Positions 43,758 through 53,418 of a stretch of DNA of 64,000 bases are shown here, in pieces. Source of the stretch: Verrucomicrobiota bacterium (GTDB lineage: Bacteria > Chlamydiota > Chlamydiia > Chlamydiales > SM23-39). Made by a program: the position numbers and the translations under genes. The notes below the pieces were generated by a model. It ran no database searches. It was not told the origin of the DNA and saw nothing but the letters and a program-made list of their open reading frames with translations. Position 1 is the first letter of the stretch; every line of letters begins with the position of its first letter. The stretch covers positions 11,763-75,762 of the forward strand of contig JAGWKU010000001.1 in assembly GCA_028873375.1 (NCBI GenBank). The letters run 5' to 3'.

Positions 43758-44555
43758 TTATTTCTTACAAGGAGAAAGAAGCACTTGCTCGATTGGACGA
43801 GGGAAAAAGAGCTTGGCGAGCTGACGAAATTTTTGAGGATCGTCAGAGGTATAAAATTGATAAACAGGAGGAGAGGTTCCTGGATTGAGAAGCTTCCTTT
43901 TTTTCAAAAGATCGCGAGCGGCCAATGCGGTAGCTGGGGCCGGCTCAATGAGTTGGATATGGGAGCCAAGGGCCTCTTGGATCGCTTCTCGGAGAAGAGG
44001 ATAATGAGTGCAGGCGAGCAGAACCGTATCAACTGCGGTGCGTTTAAGAGGCGCTAGATAGTGCTCGATGATGAGTTTTGCGGCGGGATGGTTGGGTAAT
44101 CCTTCTTCGACAAAGGGGACAAATAGTGGGCAAGCAATAGCATGGACATCAATTTGGCGAGATTGAAGAGCTGCCTGAAAGAAGCCGGAGGCAATAGTGG
44201 CACGGGTTCCTAGGACAGCAACCTGTTTAGTGCGGGTGGCTTGGAGAAGTGCTTCGATGCCAGGCTCTCTGACGCCAATCACTGGAATAGAGAGCTTTTG
44301 TTGTAGGGCCTCAAAGGCGTAAGAGCAGGCGGTATGACAAGAAATAATAAGAAGTTTGATGCCTTGGTCGAGGAGGAATTGGGCGTTATCGAAGGCGTAT
44401 TGGAGAATGGTCTCTGCAGATTTATTTCCGTAAGGCAGATGTGCTGTATCGCCGAAATAAATGAGATTTTCGTGGGGCAATTGCTCAGCGACTTCACGCA
44501 TAACGGTAAGGCCGCCGAAGCCTGAATCGAAAAGGCCGATGGAAGAATGGTTCAT
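43758..44555 (-). CDS. murI: Glutamate racemase MurI
   Basis: The family blocks are IGLFDSGFGGLTV, the two catalytic Cys contexts IISCHTAC and LACTHYPLL. Confidence 0.9.
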   Translation of the reverse strand: MNHSSIGLFDSGFGGLTVMREVAEQLPHENLIYFGDTAHLPYGNKSAETILQYAFDNAQFLLDQGIKLLIISCHTACSYAFEALQQKLSIPVIGVREPGIEALLQATRTKQVAVLGTRATIASGFFQAALQSRQIDVHAIACPLFVPFVEEGLPNHPAAKLIIEHYLAPLKRTAVDTVLLACTHYPLLREAIQEALGSHIQLIEPAPATALAARDLLKKRKLLNPGTSPPVYQFYTSDDPQKFRQLAKLFFPRPIEQVLLSPCKK

Positions 44556-45226
44556 TCCGTAGGGATTTTTAATTCTTGGCCGACGACGATGAGGTCGAAT
44601 TCGAGGCCGTTGGCTTTCTTGATTTTATCGACGCCTGTTTTGTGCAATTTGGCAATTTTTTCAAGAGAATCGCCAGGTCGAACTTTGTAGAGCTTATATT
44701 GTTCAGAGGAGCGAAGCGATTTTGCTAGGGTTTCGATGTTTCCTTTAAGCTTTCCAAGTTCTTCGAAACGACGCTGCCCAGCAATTAGCTCTTTTTCTAA
44801 TTCTTCGATTCGATTCTTAAATTGGGTGAGAGCCTCGGAAGTGTCATGAGCATGTGTGGTGAGTTGTTGAAATTCTTGCGTAGTCGATTCTCGGTTTTTT
44901 TCAGAAGTGGAAAAGCGTTTTTCAAGAGACTGGAGTTGGGCGGAGAGTAGTTCGAGCTTTGCCTGTTGCTTTTCTAAGTCTTGCTGTTTGAGAACAGAGA
45001 GGGCATTTTCGTTGTACTTGATGCGACCATCGAGGATTTGTAATTCGGTTTGGAAGCAGTTGATATCGTGGCGCAAATCATCGATGTTCGTTTGTACTTC
45101 ATGCAGCGTCAATTCGAGCTGGTGTTTTTCATCATGAGGAGAACTCTTGAGTGGAGAGCAGCTTGTTAGGAGAAAGAGGCCCAGCGGGAAAAAAAGGCAG
45201 GGCCTAAAGCGTCGGTCGATGTTCAT
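44552..45226 (-). CDS. Coiled-coil lipoprotein with C-terminal LysM domain
   Basis: The lipobox is LLTSC. A long heptad-rich region (QTELQILDGRIKYNENALSVLKQQDLEKQQAKLELL) precedes the LysM domain YKVRPGDSLEKIAKLHKTGVDKIKKANGL...VGQELKIP. It overlaps the pal stop and the murI start. Confidence 0.7.
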   Translation of the reverse strand: MNIDRRFRPCLFFPLGLFLLTSCSPLKSSPHDEKHQLELTLHEVQTNIDDLRHDINCFQTELQILDGRIKYNENALSVLKQQDLEKQQAKLELLSAQLQSLEKRFSTSEKNRESTTQEFQQLTTHAHDTSEALTQFKNRIEELEKELIAGQRRFEELGKLKGNIETLAKSLRSSEQYKLYKVRPGDSLEKIAKLHKTGVDKIKKANGLEFDLIVVGQELKIPTE

Positions 45227-45900
45227 TTTTCATAGAGCTTAAATTCTGCGCGCCGATTGACTTTCCAATCATCGGGGGAGTGGCCAAAAGCCACAGGTTC
45301 TTCTTTCCCGCGAGAAACAGTGTAGATTCGGTTGAGATCTACCCCATTTTTCACTAGGAGACCACGAATGTAGTTTGCTCGTTTTATGCCTAAAGCCATG
45401 TTATAGCTAGCAGGAGCTCGCTCATCACAGTGGCCCGCAACCATCAGAAAGACTTTGGGATTTTTCTTCATGTAGCCAGCGATTTGAGCGACCACCTGCA
45501 AATCAGATTTATCGCGTAGGATGTGTTCGTCAGTTTCGAAATGGAGGGTTCTAAATAGGCTTAGCAGAATGTCGGGCGGATTGTAAAACTGATCTAGGCC
45601 AGGAATTCCCTTTTGTCCGGGTACTCCCTTTGGCTGGGGAAGTGCCATGTCGGTGGCTGCAAACGAATTTTTTAGATCGGAATCATTGAGCGGGATGAAC
45701 TCACCATCATAGGGTCCGATAAATTCCTCATCTGAGGTGAGCATGCGCGATTCGTAGTCTTTGCCCCACAGAGCATCGACACCTCGTTGCACATAGCGCC
45801 CGGCGGTTTTCACATCTTCCCAGCTCTGGTTACTATTCCGAGAGCAGGCTGCGCTCAGAGCCAGTGCGGTAATTGCGAAAAAACGGATCAATAATCTCAT
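45223..45900 (-). CDS. pal: Peptidoglycan-associated lipoprotein Pal (OmpA-like domain)
   Basis: ATG 45900 has a GAGGAG Shine-Dalgarno sequence and the lipobox LSAAC. The OmpA-family block is VAGHCDERAPASYNMALGIKRANYIRGLLVKNGV...NRRAEF. Confidence 0.9.
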   Translation of the reverse strand: MRLLIRFFAITALALSAACSRNSNQSWEDVKTAGRYVQRGVDALWGKDYESRMLTSDEEFIGPYDGEFIPLNDSDLKNSFAATDMALPQPKGVPGQKGIPGLDQFYNPPDILLSLFRTLHFETDEHILRDKSDLQVVAQIAGYMKKNPKVFLMVAGHCDERAPASYNMALGIKRANYIRGLLVKNGVDLNRIYTVSRGKEEPVAFGHSPDDWKVNRRAEFKLYEK

Positions 45901-45937
45901 ACGCTCCTCAATCAAGACTTCTTCTTACTAATGTAAT

Positions 45938-47308
45938 TCATTCTCTATTTCTTGACGAGAACTGGCTGCGAGTTTCCCAGTTAGCAAATCGTTTTTGCCC
46001 GGGGCCTTTCGTAATTTGTGTCGGTTCTCTTTGGTTTAAATTGATGAGAAAAAGTTGTCCTTCCTCTTCGTCATCCGTATTAAATACTAAGTGGAGGCTG
46101 TCGGGAGCCCATGCAGGGTTTTCTTTGTTTCCAGGTCCGGAAGTAAGCGGAATTTCTTCCTCTGTTTCAAAGTCGTAAATCCAAATCTGTCGCACGCCAT
46201 CGACTTTTGCGCTATAAGCGAGTTTTTTCCCGTCGGGAGACCACGCGGGAGATGTGTTTTCTCGATTTTTTCGAGTGAGTAGAAATGGATGGATGCGTTT
46301 AGTGTCTTTGGATGTAGTGACATCGATGAGATAGATGCGAGGAGGGCCATCTTTGTCCGATACAAAGGCGATTTTCTTGCCATTAGGGCTAAAGGTGGGA
46401 GAGGCTTGCGTTGCACGAGGGCAAGAATAGAGTTGTCTTGATTTGCCAAGAGGACGGCCATTTGGGTCAAATGTTTGTACAAAGAGATCGGGGCGGCCAG
46501 CTGCATCGGCAATGAAGGCCATTTGAGAGCCTTTTAAATTGATGGCGGGAAGAAGTTGATTGCCTCTCAATTCGATCACGCTCTCGGGTTCTCCATTTTT
46601 CAGAGATGTTCGGTAAATCTTCGATTGGCCTTGCTTGTAGGAGACAAAAAAGAAAGGAGGGTCGTTTAAACCCGCAGTGCTAGGATAGAAGGCAGGAGTG
46701 ATGCAATAGGCATTTTCAAAGGTGGCTTGTTTCGAGTTTGCGCCATCTGCATCGCTGATCCAAATGTCTGATAGCCAAGTTGATTCTGTATTTTTGATCC
46801 GTTGCGAGTAGATGATTCGAAGAGAGGCGATACCCTCTTCGCCGAATAGATCTTTGTGCAACTGGTCGGCTAATTTGTGGAGCTGCTTTCGATCTTCTTC
46901 CAATTTGCCGGTGATTAGGCATTCGGGATAGCGTTTGGAAGTTTCTTGATCGGTGTTGAAGGCAGTGAGTTGGAGAGCATTTTTTTGGATGCAAAGAGTG
47001 AGGACATACGGAACTTTCTGTTGTTTCCAGTGAGTGAGGTTGAATTCTCTGCGCGTATCTGGCCATTGGAATGTTTGCTCTGATTCTTCTCGTATATCGA
47101 GGACAGTGGCAAAGCCTCCTCTTTTCAGATCGAATTCGAGAATCGAGCGGAGTTCATCGAAATAACGCCAGTCGAATTGATTGGGATCTGTAGAGATGCG
47201 AGAGATATAGATGGGCGTTAAAGAAGAGGTCGTTTTAAGGAGAACCTCCATTTCTTGAGAGATTCCGATGGCGGCCCAGAGAAGAAGAAACCAAATTTTA
47301 TAACGCAT
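45938..47308 (-). CDS. tolB: Tol-Pal system beta-propeller protein TolB
   Basis: Repeated propeller blades are visible (PTFSPNGKKIAFVSDKDGPPRIY, PAWSPDGKKLAYSAKVDGVRQIW, PAWAPDSLHLVF). ATG 47308 is preferred; TTG 47320 is the alternative. Confidence 0.9.
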   Translation of the reverse strand: MRYKIWFLLLWAAIGISQEMEVLLKTTSSLTPIYISRISTDPNQFDWRYFDELRSILEFDLKRGGFATVLDIREESEQTFQWPDTRREFNLTHWKQQKVPYVLTLCIQKNALQLTAFNTDQETSKRYPECLITGKLEEDRKQLHKLADQLHKDLFGEEGIASLRIIYSQRIKNTESTWLSDIWISDADGANSKQATFENAYCITPAFYPSTAGLNDPPFFFVSYKQGQSKIYRTSLKNGEPESVIELRGNQLLPAINLKGSQMAFIADAAGRPDLFVQTFDPNGRPLGKSRQLYSCPRATQASPTFSPNGKKIAFVSDKDGPPRIYLIDVTTSKDTKRIHPFLLTRKNRENTSPAWSPDGKKLAYSAKVDGVRQIWIYDFETEEEIPLTSGPGNKENPAWAPDSLHLVFNTDDEEEGQLFLINLNQREPTQITKGPGQKRFANWETRSQFSSRNRE

Positions 47309-47945
47309 TTTTAAATACAACGCTCAGTGAAGCACTTTTATTTAAGCACGGAAACTGTAGCTCAGGCAACCGCTTTTTTAAAAACTCTTCATTTTTTTCG
47401 TTTTTCGTCTCGAGAATTTCTAAACTGGCGACATGCCCTGCTGTATCGATGGTTAATCGAACTTTCACTTCCCCATATTCTGGGAGTTCTAAAGCATTTT
47501 GCAAAAAGAGAGCGATCGAATCAAAGTCAGTTTCTTTTTCTTCTTCATGAGGCGTGTTGAATTGAATGGTAGGAACCGCGATCGCTGATTTGGTGGAAGG
47601 GACGGGAGTGGATAGTGATTCGAGATTTTTAGTGATCTCTTGCAGTAAAGCATCAGAGGGAGGAGAAACAACAGGCGCGACTTTTTTGGGAACCGCTTTT
47701 GGAATTGCCTTGGTTGGTTGAGAAGTTGTCTTTTTAGGGGCTGGCTTTACAAGAGAAGAGGATTGGATTGCAACCGGTTGAGGAGAAGGGGCGCGGAAGG
47801 TGCGGACGGCAATAGGGCGACGGCGTGGGAGAGGGCGATCGATCCAATAATTTCCGAGCATGAGGATGACGAGAAGGGCATGGGCGCAAAGGACACCCAG
47901 TGTAATTTGTTTTCCGCGAGTAAGTGATCGAAAGGAAAAGCTCAT
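47298..47945 (-). CDS. TolA/TonB-like energy-transducing protein
   Basis: An N-terminal TM and a Pro/Lys/Ala-rich spacer (PAPKKTTSQPTKAIPKAVPKKVAPVVSPP) precede a small C-terminal domain. It lies between tolR and tolB. Confidence 0.65.
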   Translation of the reverse strand: MSFSFRSLTRGKQITLGVLCAHALLVILMLGNYWIDRPLPRRRPIAVRTFRAPSPQPVAIQSSSLVKPAPKKTTSQPTKAIPKAVPKKVAPVVSPPSDALLQEITKNLESLSTPVPSTKSAIAVPTIQFNTPHEEEKETDFDSIALFLQNALELPEYGEVKVRLTIDTAGHVASLEILETKNEKNEEFLKKRLPELQFPCLNKSASLSVVFKNAL

Positions 47946-48367
47946 TCGTTTGGTTTTAACACAATGTCCATTTGCTCAAAACCGCATTGTTCGAGCACGT
48001 TTTTCACCGATTGGTAGGTACCAAAAGAAGCATTTCGGTCGTGAAGGACTTGGGGCGAGCGATGAGGGTATTGTTTTTTCTGTGCGAGAAGGATTCGCTC
48101 TAGTTCTTGCAAAGAGAGTTTTTTCCCACCCATCCAAATTGTGTTGTCGCCTTTAACGACGATGGAAAGTGGAGAATTTTCAAAGGCAGAATCTTTTTTC
48201 TTTTCGGTGCCCGCAGTGGCGAGGTTGACGACGTCGATATCGAGTACGGGAGCGATCAACATAAAAGAGATAAGGACGACAAAAACGACATCGATAAGTG
48301 GAGTCAAATTGACAAGAGGCTCTTCGGAGGTGTCTTCTTCAAAAGAAGCGCGACGCCAGCGCATCAC
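47942..48367 (-). CDS. tolR: TolR/ExbD biopolymer transport protein
   Basis: LVNLTPLIDVVFVVLISFML contains the conserved Asp in a single TM. The size is 141 aa. It overlaps the tolQ stop. Confidence 0.85.
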   Translation of the reverse strand: MMRWRRASFEEDTSEEPLVNLTPLIDVVFVVLISFMLIAPVLDIDVVNLATAGTEKKKDSAFENSPLSIVVKGDNTIWMGGKKLSLQELERILLAQKKQYPHRSPQVLHDRNASFGTYQSVKNVLEQCGFEQMDIVLKPNE

Positions 48368-49071
48368 AAGCCTCGGCGATATTGAATCTCTATCGCAGCG
48401 AGAAGAGCGTGGGAGAATTCTTCCATGTCCCGTCTCGTTTCTCGGCCGGTGTTTTTTAAGTAGCTATGTCCAACGAGAGCTGGGATGGCGATGAGCAATC
48501 CGAGAACGGTCGTTGCTAGAGCCATCGAAAGACCGGAGAGCATTGCGGCATTGTTCGTGTGAAATCCCGAAGGGAGTTGTGAAAAAGTCAGAAGAATTCC
48601 CCATACTGTTCCGAGCAAGCCGAGAAAAGGAGCTAATGTGACGATCATCGAAAGGACGAATAAATGTTTTTCTAATTTCTTCACGGCGGATGACATAGCG
48701 GTCATGACTTGCGATTCAATGAGTTCTAGGTCGGGCTCAGAAAGGCCTGCTTCTGGTGAGCGGCGGCTGATGAGCTGCAGCGCTTGTTGTTTGACGGCGC
48801 GGTAGATTTCAAAGAGAGGATGAGGCCATTCACCGATACGGCTAATCACGGGGCGACTAAAGTGCAAGTTGAGCGGATCTTCTTTTTTTTCAGAAAAGAG
48901 TTCGGAAAATTCAGCCGTGAGTCGTTTTACGGACCAAAATTGCCAGCCTTTGTATAAAAGGACGATCCAGCACAGTACCGAGAGTAAGAAGAGAGACCAA
49001 AAGATCCCCTTTCCAAACCAATCGGATTGAACATAAGCTGAAATGAATGGATTTGATGCTAACATAGACAT
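48364..49071 (-). CDS. tolQ: TolQ/ExbB proton-channel protein
   Basis: It has three TM helices and the MotA/TolQ/ExbB block LAPFLGLLGTVWGILLTF...ALATTVLGLLIAIPAL. Confidence 0.9.
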   Translation of the reverse strand: MSMLASNPFISAYVQSDWFGKGIFWSLFLLSVLCWIVLLYKGWQFWSVKRLTAEFSELFSEKKEDPLNLHFSRPVISRIGEWPHPLFEIYRAVKQQALQLISRRSPEAGLSEPDLELIESQVMTAMSSAVKKLEKHLFVLSMIVTLAPFLGLLGTVWGILLTFSQLPSGFHTNNAAMLSGLSMALATTVLGLLIAIPALVGHSYLKNTGRETRRDMEEFSHALLAAIEIQYRRGL

Positions 49072-49165
49072 ATTCCATCAAAAGGAATAGTCTAAATGGA
49101 AGCAAAAAGTCAAGGTGGCTTTCACTTTTGTGTTGCATAAGTTTAGAAGTCAGCGATTTATGTGT

Positions 49166-49186
49166 AATGTAAAGCTGCTTTACATT
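49166..49186. repeat. Palindromic repeat AATGTAAAGC-t-GCTTTACATT in the tolQ/tatD divergent region
   Basis: Perfect 10-bp arms. It ends 10 nt before the tatD ATG. Confidence 0.95.
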
Positions 49187-49196
49187 TGAGAAAAAT

Positions 49197-49961
49197 ATGT
49201 ACTGCGATTCGCATGCTCACCTAACCTCTCCTGAAGTATTACCGGAAGTGGATGCCATTCTCGAGCGAGCAAAAGCTGCGCGTGTAGATTGGATTGTCAA
49301 TATTTGCACTGATCAGAAGAGCTTGGAAGAGGGATTGAAGCTGGGGGAAAAATATCGGTGGGTTGTGAATACGGGAGCAACTACTCCGCACGATGTTGAC
49401 AGAGATGGCGAGCGAGATTTCCCGGCGTTTGAAGCGGCAGCTTCTCGTTTGGTTGCCATTGGCGAAACTGGCCTCGACTATCATTATCAACATTCAGAGC
49501 GGACGACGCAGCGAAAATTTCTCATTCGCTATTTGCAATTAGCGGCGAAAATTAAAAAGCCTGTGATTTTTCATTGTCGCGAAGCGTTTGATGATTTGTT
49601 TTCGATCGCAGATGCCGAATATCCGAAGGGAGCGCCAGCTATTTTGCATTGCTTTACCGGGACGATAAAAGAGGCAGAGGGAGTTTGGAAGCGAGGGTGG
49701 GCTCTTTCGTTGAGCGGGATTGTCACTTTTAAAAAAAGCGAAGAGCTTCGCTTAGTTGCGAAAGAAGCGCCGCTCGAGCAACTCTTGATTGAAACAGACA
49801 CTCCTTATCTCGCTCCGCAAAGCAGACGGGGAAAACCGAACGAACCTTCTTATATTATCGAGACAGCTGCCTGCATTGCTGCAGCGCGAAATGTTCCAGT
49901 GGCTGAAGTAGCGGCTGCCACGCGAATCAATGCTCTGCGGCTTTTTCAATTGTCAAATTGA
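49197..49961 (+). CDS. tatD: TatD-family metal-dependent hydrolase/DNase
   Basis: It has the N-terminal CDSHAHL, then GETGLDYHY, PVIFHCREA and LLIETDTPYLAP. Confidence 0.9.
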   Translation: MYCDSHAHLTSPEVLPEVDAILERAKAARVDWIVNICTDQKSLEEGLKLGEKYRWVVNTGATTPHDVDRDGERDFPAFEAAASRLVAIGETGLDYHYQHSERTTQRKFLIRYLQLAAKIKKPVIFHCREAFDDLFSIADAEYPKGAPAILHCFTGTIKEAEGVWKRGWALSLSGIVTFKKSEELRLVAKEAPLEQLLIETDTPYLAPQSRRGKPNEPSYIIETAACIAAARNVPVAEVAAATRINALRLFQLSN

Positions 49962-49985
49962 TCGATTTCCTTTAAAAAAAGTCTT

Positions 49986-50774
49986 ATGCAACCTGCAGAA
50001 GCTCGCATTTCTAGCGCCTTTATTTGGCGGCGCGTCCATTCGTTGATGGGACTTTGGCTCGTCTTATATTTAGCAGAGCACTTGCTCGTCAATTCGCAAG
50101 CGGCGCTTTGGCTCGGTGAATGGGGACATGTTTTTATCCAAATGGTCAATTCACTGGAGTCTATCCCCTATTTGCCGGTGGTGGAAACAGTGTTGATCGG
50201 AGTGCCGTTGGTGATTCATGGAGTGTGGGGCATTCATCGCGCGTTGACAGCTAAACTTAATTCTTCGAAATCGGATGGAACAGCACCTTCTCTTCCGTAT
50301 GGACGCAATCGAGCTTTTACATGGCAGCGGCTCACTTCGTGGATTCTTCTGTTCGGCATCCTTGGGCATGTGATTCAAATGCGATTTCTCGAGCAGCCAA
50401 AGAAGGTCAATGAGCAATGGGTTGTCCAGGTGAGTGCAGATGAAAGACTTCCTCCTCTCGCTGAGAAATTGGGTGTCCAATTAGTTTCGGAAGGAAGGGT
50501 TGTCCATGCGACGGCGAATTCTCCGGGGGCGGCAATGCTTCTTGTAGTGAGAGACACATTTAAATCTCCTCTTATGATTGTTCTTTATACGATTTTTCTT
50601 TTGGCGGCCGCCTTTCATGCCTTCAATGGATTTTGGACCTTTTTGATCACATGGGGAATTATCTTATCGGCTCGTTCGCAGCGGGCAATGATTCCATTGA
50701 GCATTGTAGGAATGGGGCTTTTGACCTTTTTAGGGTTAGCAGCAATCTGGGGTAGCTATTGGCTAGTGAAATGA
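49986..50774 (+). CDS. sdhC: Succinate dehydrogenase/fumarate reductase cytochrome b subunit
   Basis: This is a five-helix membrane protein with conserved His-containing helices, lying directly upstream of sdhA and overlapping it (ATGA). The call rests mostly on context. Confidence 0.7.
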   Translation: MQPAEARISSAFIWRRVHSLMGLWLVLYLAEHLLVNSQAALWLGEWGHVFIQMVNSLESIPYLPVVETVLIGVPLVIHGVWGIHRALTAKLNSSKSDGTAPSLPYGRNRAFTWQRLTSWILLFGILGHVIQMRFLEQPKKVNEQWVVQVSADERLPPLAEKLGVQLVSEGRVVHATANSPGAAMLLVVRDTFKSPLMIVLYTIFLLAAAFHAFNGFWTFLITWGIILSARSQRAMIPLSIVGMGLLTFLGLAAIWGSYWLVK

Positions 50775-52648
50775 AAAAACAGGTGATTGTCGTCGGCGGA
50801 GGATTAGCAGGGTTGTCCGCTACGATGAAGCTGGCCGAGAAGGGATGTCAGGTAAAACTCGTCTCTCTGACGAAAGTGCGCAGGTCTCATTCGGTTTGCG
50901 CCCAGGGGGGAATCAATGTCGCTGTAAATCTCAAAGGTGAAGACGATTCTCCGTTGATTCACGCTTATGACACGATTAAAGGAGGCGATTTCCTTGGAAA
51001 TCAGCCGCCGATTTTAGAGATGTGCATGGCGGGCCCTGCCATTTTGCGGATGCTTGATCGGATCGGCTGTCCGTTCAATCGGACGATGGAAGGAAACATC
51101 GATTTTCGCCGTTTTGGCGGGACGCTGTATCATCGGACGGCGTTTTGTGGCGCATCGACGGGGCAACAGCTCCTTTATTCTCTCGATGAGCAAGTGCGTC
51201 GCTATGAAGCGCAGGGAATTGTAGAGAAATTTGAAAACCATGAATTTTTGCGCTTGATTCTCGACGAGGAAGGGGTTGCTCGAGGAATTGTGATGCACGA
51301 TCTTTACAACTTGCAATTGAGCGTGCTAAAAGCCGATGCGGTAGTCATTGCAACGGGTGGTCTTGGCGTCATTTACAAGAAGTCGACAATGTCGACGTTT
51401 TGTACGGGAGCTGCGAATGGACGTCTCTTTATGCAGGGAATGAAATATGCGAATGGCGAATTCATTCAAATTCATCCGACGGCTGTCCCTGGCAATGACA
51501 AGATGCGACTCATTTCCGAGTCGTCCCGTGGGGAAGGGGGACGTATTTGGGTGCACGGCAACTCTTCGAAACAGATCCAATTTCCCGATGGTTCCATGCG
51601 CTCTTGCGGGAAGACGGGAGAGCCGTGGTATTTCCTTGAAGAGATGTATCCAGCGTTTGGCAATTTAGTCCCTCGCGATATTGGCGCAAGGGAAGTGCTC
51701 CGCGTCTGTGAAATGGGAATGGGCGTCGAAGAAAAGATGCAGGTTTATCTCGACGTAACCCATCTGTCCCCAGAGTCGCAGCATAAACTGGATGCAGTGC
51801 TAGACATCTATCAAAAATTCACAGGCGATGATCCTCGCAAAAAACCGATGAAAATTTTCCCAGCGGTTCACTATTCGATGGGAGGAGCGTGGGTTGATTG
51901 GCCTGCAGCAGATGATCCCGATCGGATGACTCGCTTTCGGCATATGACCAATCTGAAAGGGTGTTTCAATGTGGGAGAGTCGGATTATCTCTATCATGGA
52001 GCCAATCGACTCGGGGCGAATTCTCTTTTGTCGTGCATTTTTGGCGGGTTGGTCACTGGCGTAGAAGTGCCGCGGTACCTCTCTTCGTTGTCGAAAAGTT
52101 GTGGGAATCTCCCGGAATCGGTGTTTGCGCAAGCGCTACGGCAGGAAGAAGAGCAACAGAGGGAACTTCTCCAGAGGAACGGGTCTGAAAATATCCATCA
52201 GCTCCACGATGAAATGGCCGATTGGATGGTGCAACATGTGAGCGTCAAGAGAGATAATCCGGGGCTGACCAAAACGATTGAAAAGTTGAAGGAGTTGAGA
52301 GAGCGGTGTCGGAGAATTACGCTTGACGATAGAGGCCACATTCTCAATCAAACGTATGTGTTTGCCAAACAGTTTGGCCCGATGCTGGAACTCGCCCTGG
52401 TGATTGCGAAGGGGGCGTTGCTTCGCAATGAATTTCGGGGAGCCCATTTTAAACCGGAATTTCCTGAGCGAAATGATGAAGAGTGGCTTAAAGCCACGAT
52501 CGCGACATATGATCCGAAAGAGCCGCAAATTTCGTATGAACCAATTGACATTCGACATCTCGACCCCATAAAGAGAGATTATACGCAGGCGAAAAAGGTA
52601 AAGCCCACTTTGAAAAACGTGCCCACTAACATCCAGCTCCCCCTATGA
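50771..52648 (+). CDS. sdhA: Succinate dehydrogenase flavoprotein subunit
   Basis: It has the FAD motif VIVVGGGLAGL, the covalent-FAD His context RSHSVCAQGGI, and the blocks HPTA, ESSRGEGG and HYSMGG. Confidence 0.95.
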   Translation: MKKQVIVVGGGLAGLSATMKLAEKGCQVKLVSLTKVRRSHSVCAQGGINVAVNLKGEDDSPLIHAYDTIKGGDFLGNQPPILEMCMAGPAILRMLDRIGCPFNRTMEGNIDFRRFGGTLYHRTAFCGASTGQQLLYSLDEQVRRYEAQGIVEKFENHEFLRLILDEEGVARGIVMHDLYNLQLSVLKADAVVIATGGLGVIYKKSTMSTFCTGAANGRLFMQGMKYANGEFIQIHPTAVPGNDKMRLISESSRGEGGRIWVHGNSSKQIQFPDGSMRSCGKTGEPWYFLEEMYPAFGNLVPRDIGAREVLRVCEMGMGVEEKMQVYLDVTHLSPESQHKLDAVLDIYQKFTGDDPRKKPMKIFPAVHYSMGGAWVDWPAADDPDRMTRFRHMTNLKGCFNVGESDYLYHGANRLGANSLLSCIFGGLVTGVEVPRYLSSLSKSCGNLPESVFAQALRQEEEQQRELLQRNGSENIHQLHDEMADWMVQHVSVKRDNPGLTKTIEKLKELRERCRRITLDDRGHILNQTYVFAKQFGPMLELALVIAKGALLRNEFRGAHFKPEFPERNDEEWLKATIATYDPKEPQISYEPIDIRHLDPIKRDYTQAKKVKPTLKNVPTNIQLPL

Positions 52649-53418
52649 ACCAGACATTTGTCCTTCACGTCTATCGCGGCATGCCGGGGAAACAGTACTG
52701 GGAAGATTTTGAATTGGAGATGTACCCTGGCATCAATGTGATTTCTGCATTGATGGATATTCAAAAAAAGCCCATCAATCGCGAAGGGAAAAAGACGACG
52801 CCGGTAGCTTGGGAACAGGGATGTCTGGAAGAGGTGTGTGGCTCATGCTCTATGTTGATCAATGGAAAGCCGCGGCAATCGTGCACCGCCTTGATTGAGC
52901 GTTTGATCGCTGACACGGGCTCGAGAACGGTTACTTTAGCCCCCTTTTCAAAATTTCCGTTAGTGCGAGATCTGGTTGTCGACCGGACGAAAATGTTTGA
53001 GGCGCTAAAAAAAGTGAGAGCCTGGGCTTCGGTCGATGGGACGTGGGATTCAAAGGAAAAAGGGCCGAAAGAGAGTCCGGAAGTGCAAGAGGCCCTCTAT
53101 ATATTATCGACCTGTATGACATGCGGCTGTTGTAGCGAAAGCTGTCCTCAGGTCAATGAGAGCTCCCCTTTCATGGGACCGGCAGCGATGTCTCAAATGC
53201 GGCTCTTCAATTCAAGTCCAGCAGGAGCTCTTGAAAAGCCAGAACGGCTAAGGGTTGCTTTGACAGAGGAAGGGGTTGCAGGGTGTGGCAATGCGCAAAA
53301 CTGCGTAAAAGTATGTCCTAAAAAAATTCCTCTCACCGAATCTCTAGCCTTGATTGGCCGCGAAGCGACAAAGCAGGCCCTTCGCGATTTCTTTAGCCTC
53401 CCAGATGCTCAAAAATAA
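52645..53418 (+). CDS. sdhB: Succinate dehydrogenase iron-sulfur subunit
   Basis: The Cys clusters are CLEEVCGSCSMLINGKPRQSC, CMTCGCCSESCP and CGNAQNCVKVCP. It shows an ATGA overlap with sdhA. Confidence 0.95.
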   Translation: MNQTFVLHVYRGMPGKQYWEDFELEMYPGINVISALMDIQKKPINREGKKTTPVAWEQGCLEEVCGSCSMLINGKPRQSCTALIERLIADTGSRTVTLAPFSKFPLVRDLVVDRTKMFEALKKVRAWASVDGTWDSKEKGPKESPEVQEALYILSTCMTCGCCSESCPQVNESSPFMGPAAMSQMRLFNSSPAGALEKPERLRVALTEEGVAGCGNAQNCVKVCPKKIPLTESLALIGREATKQALRDFFSLPDAQK

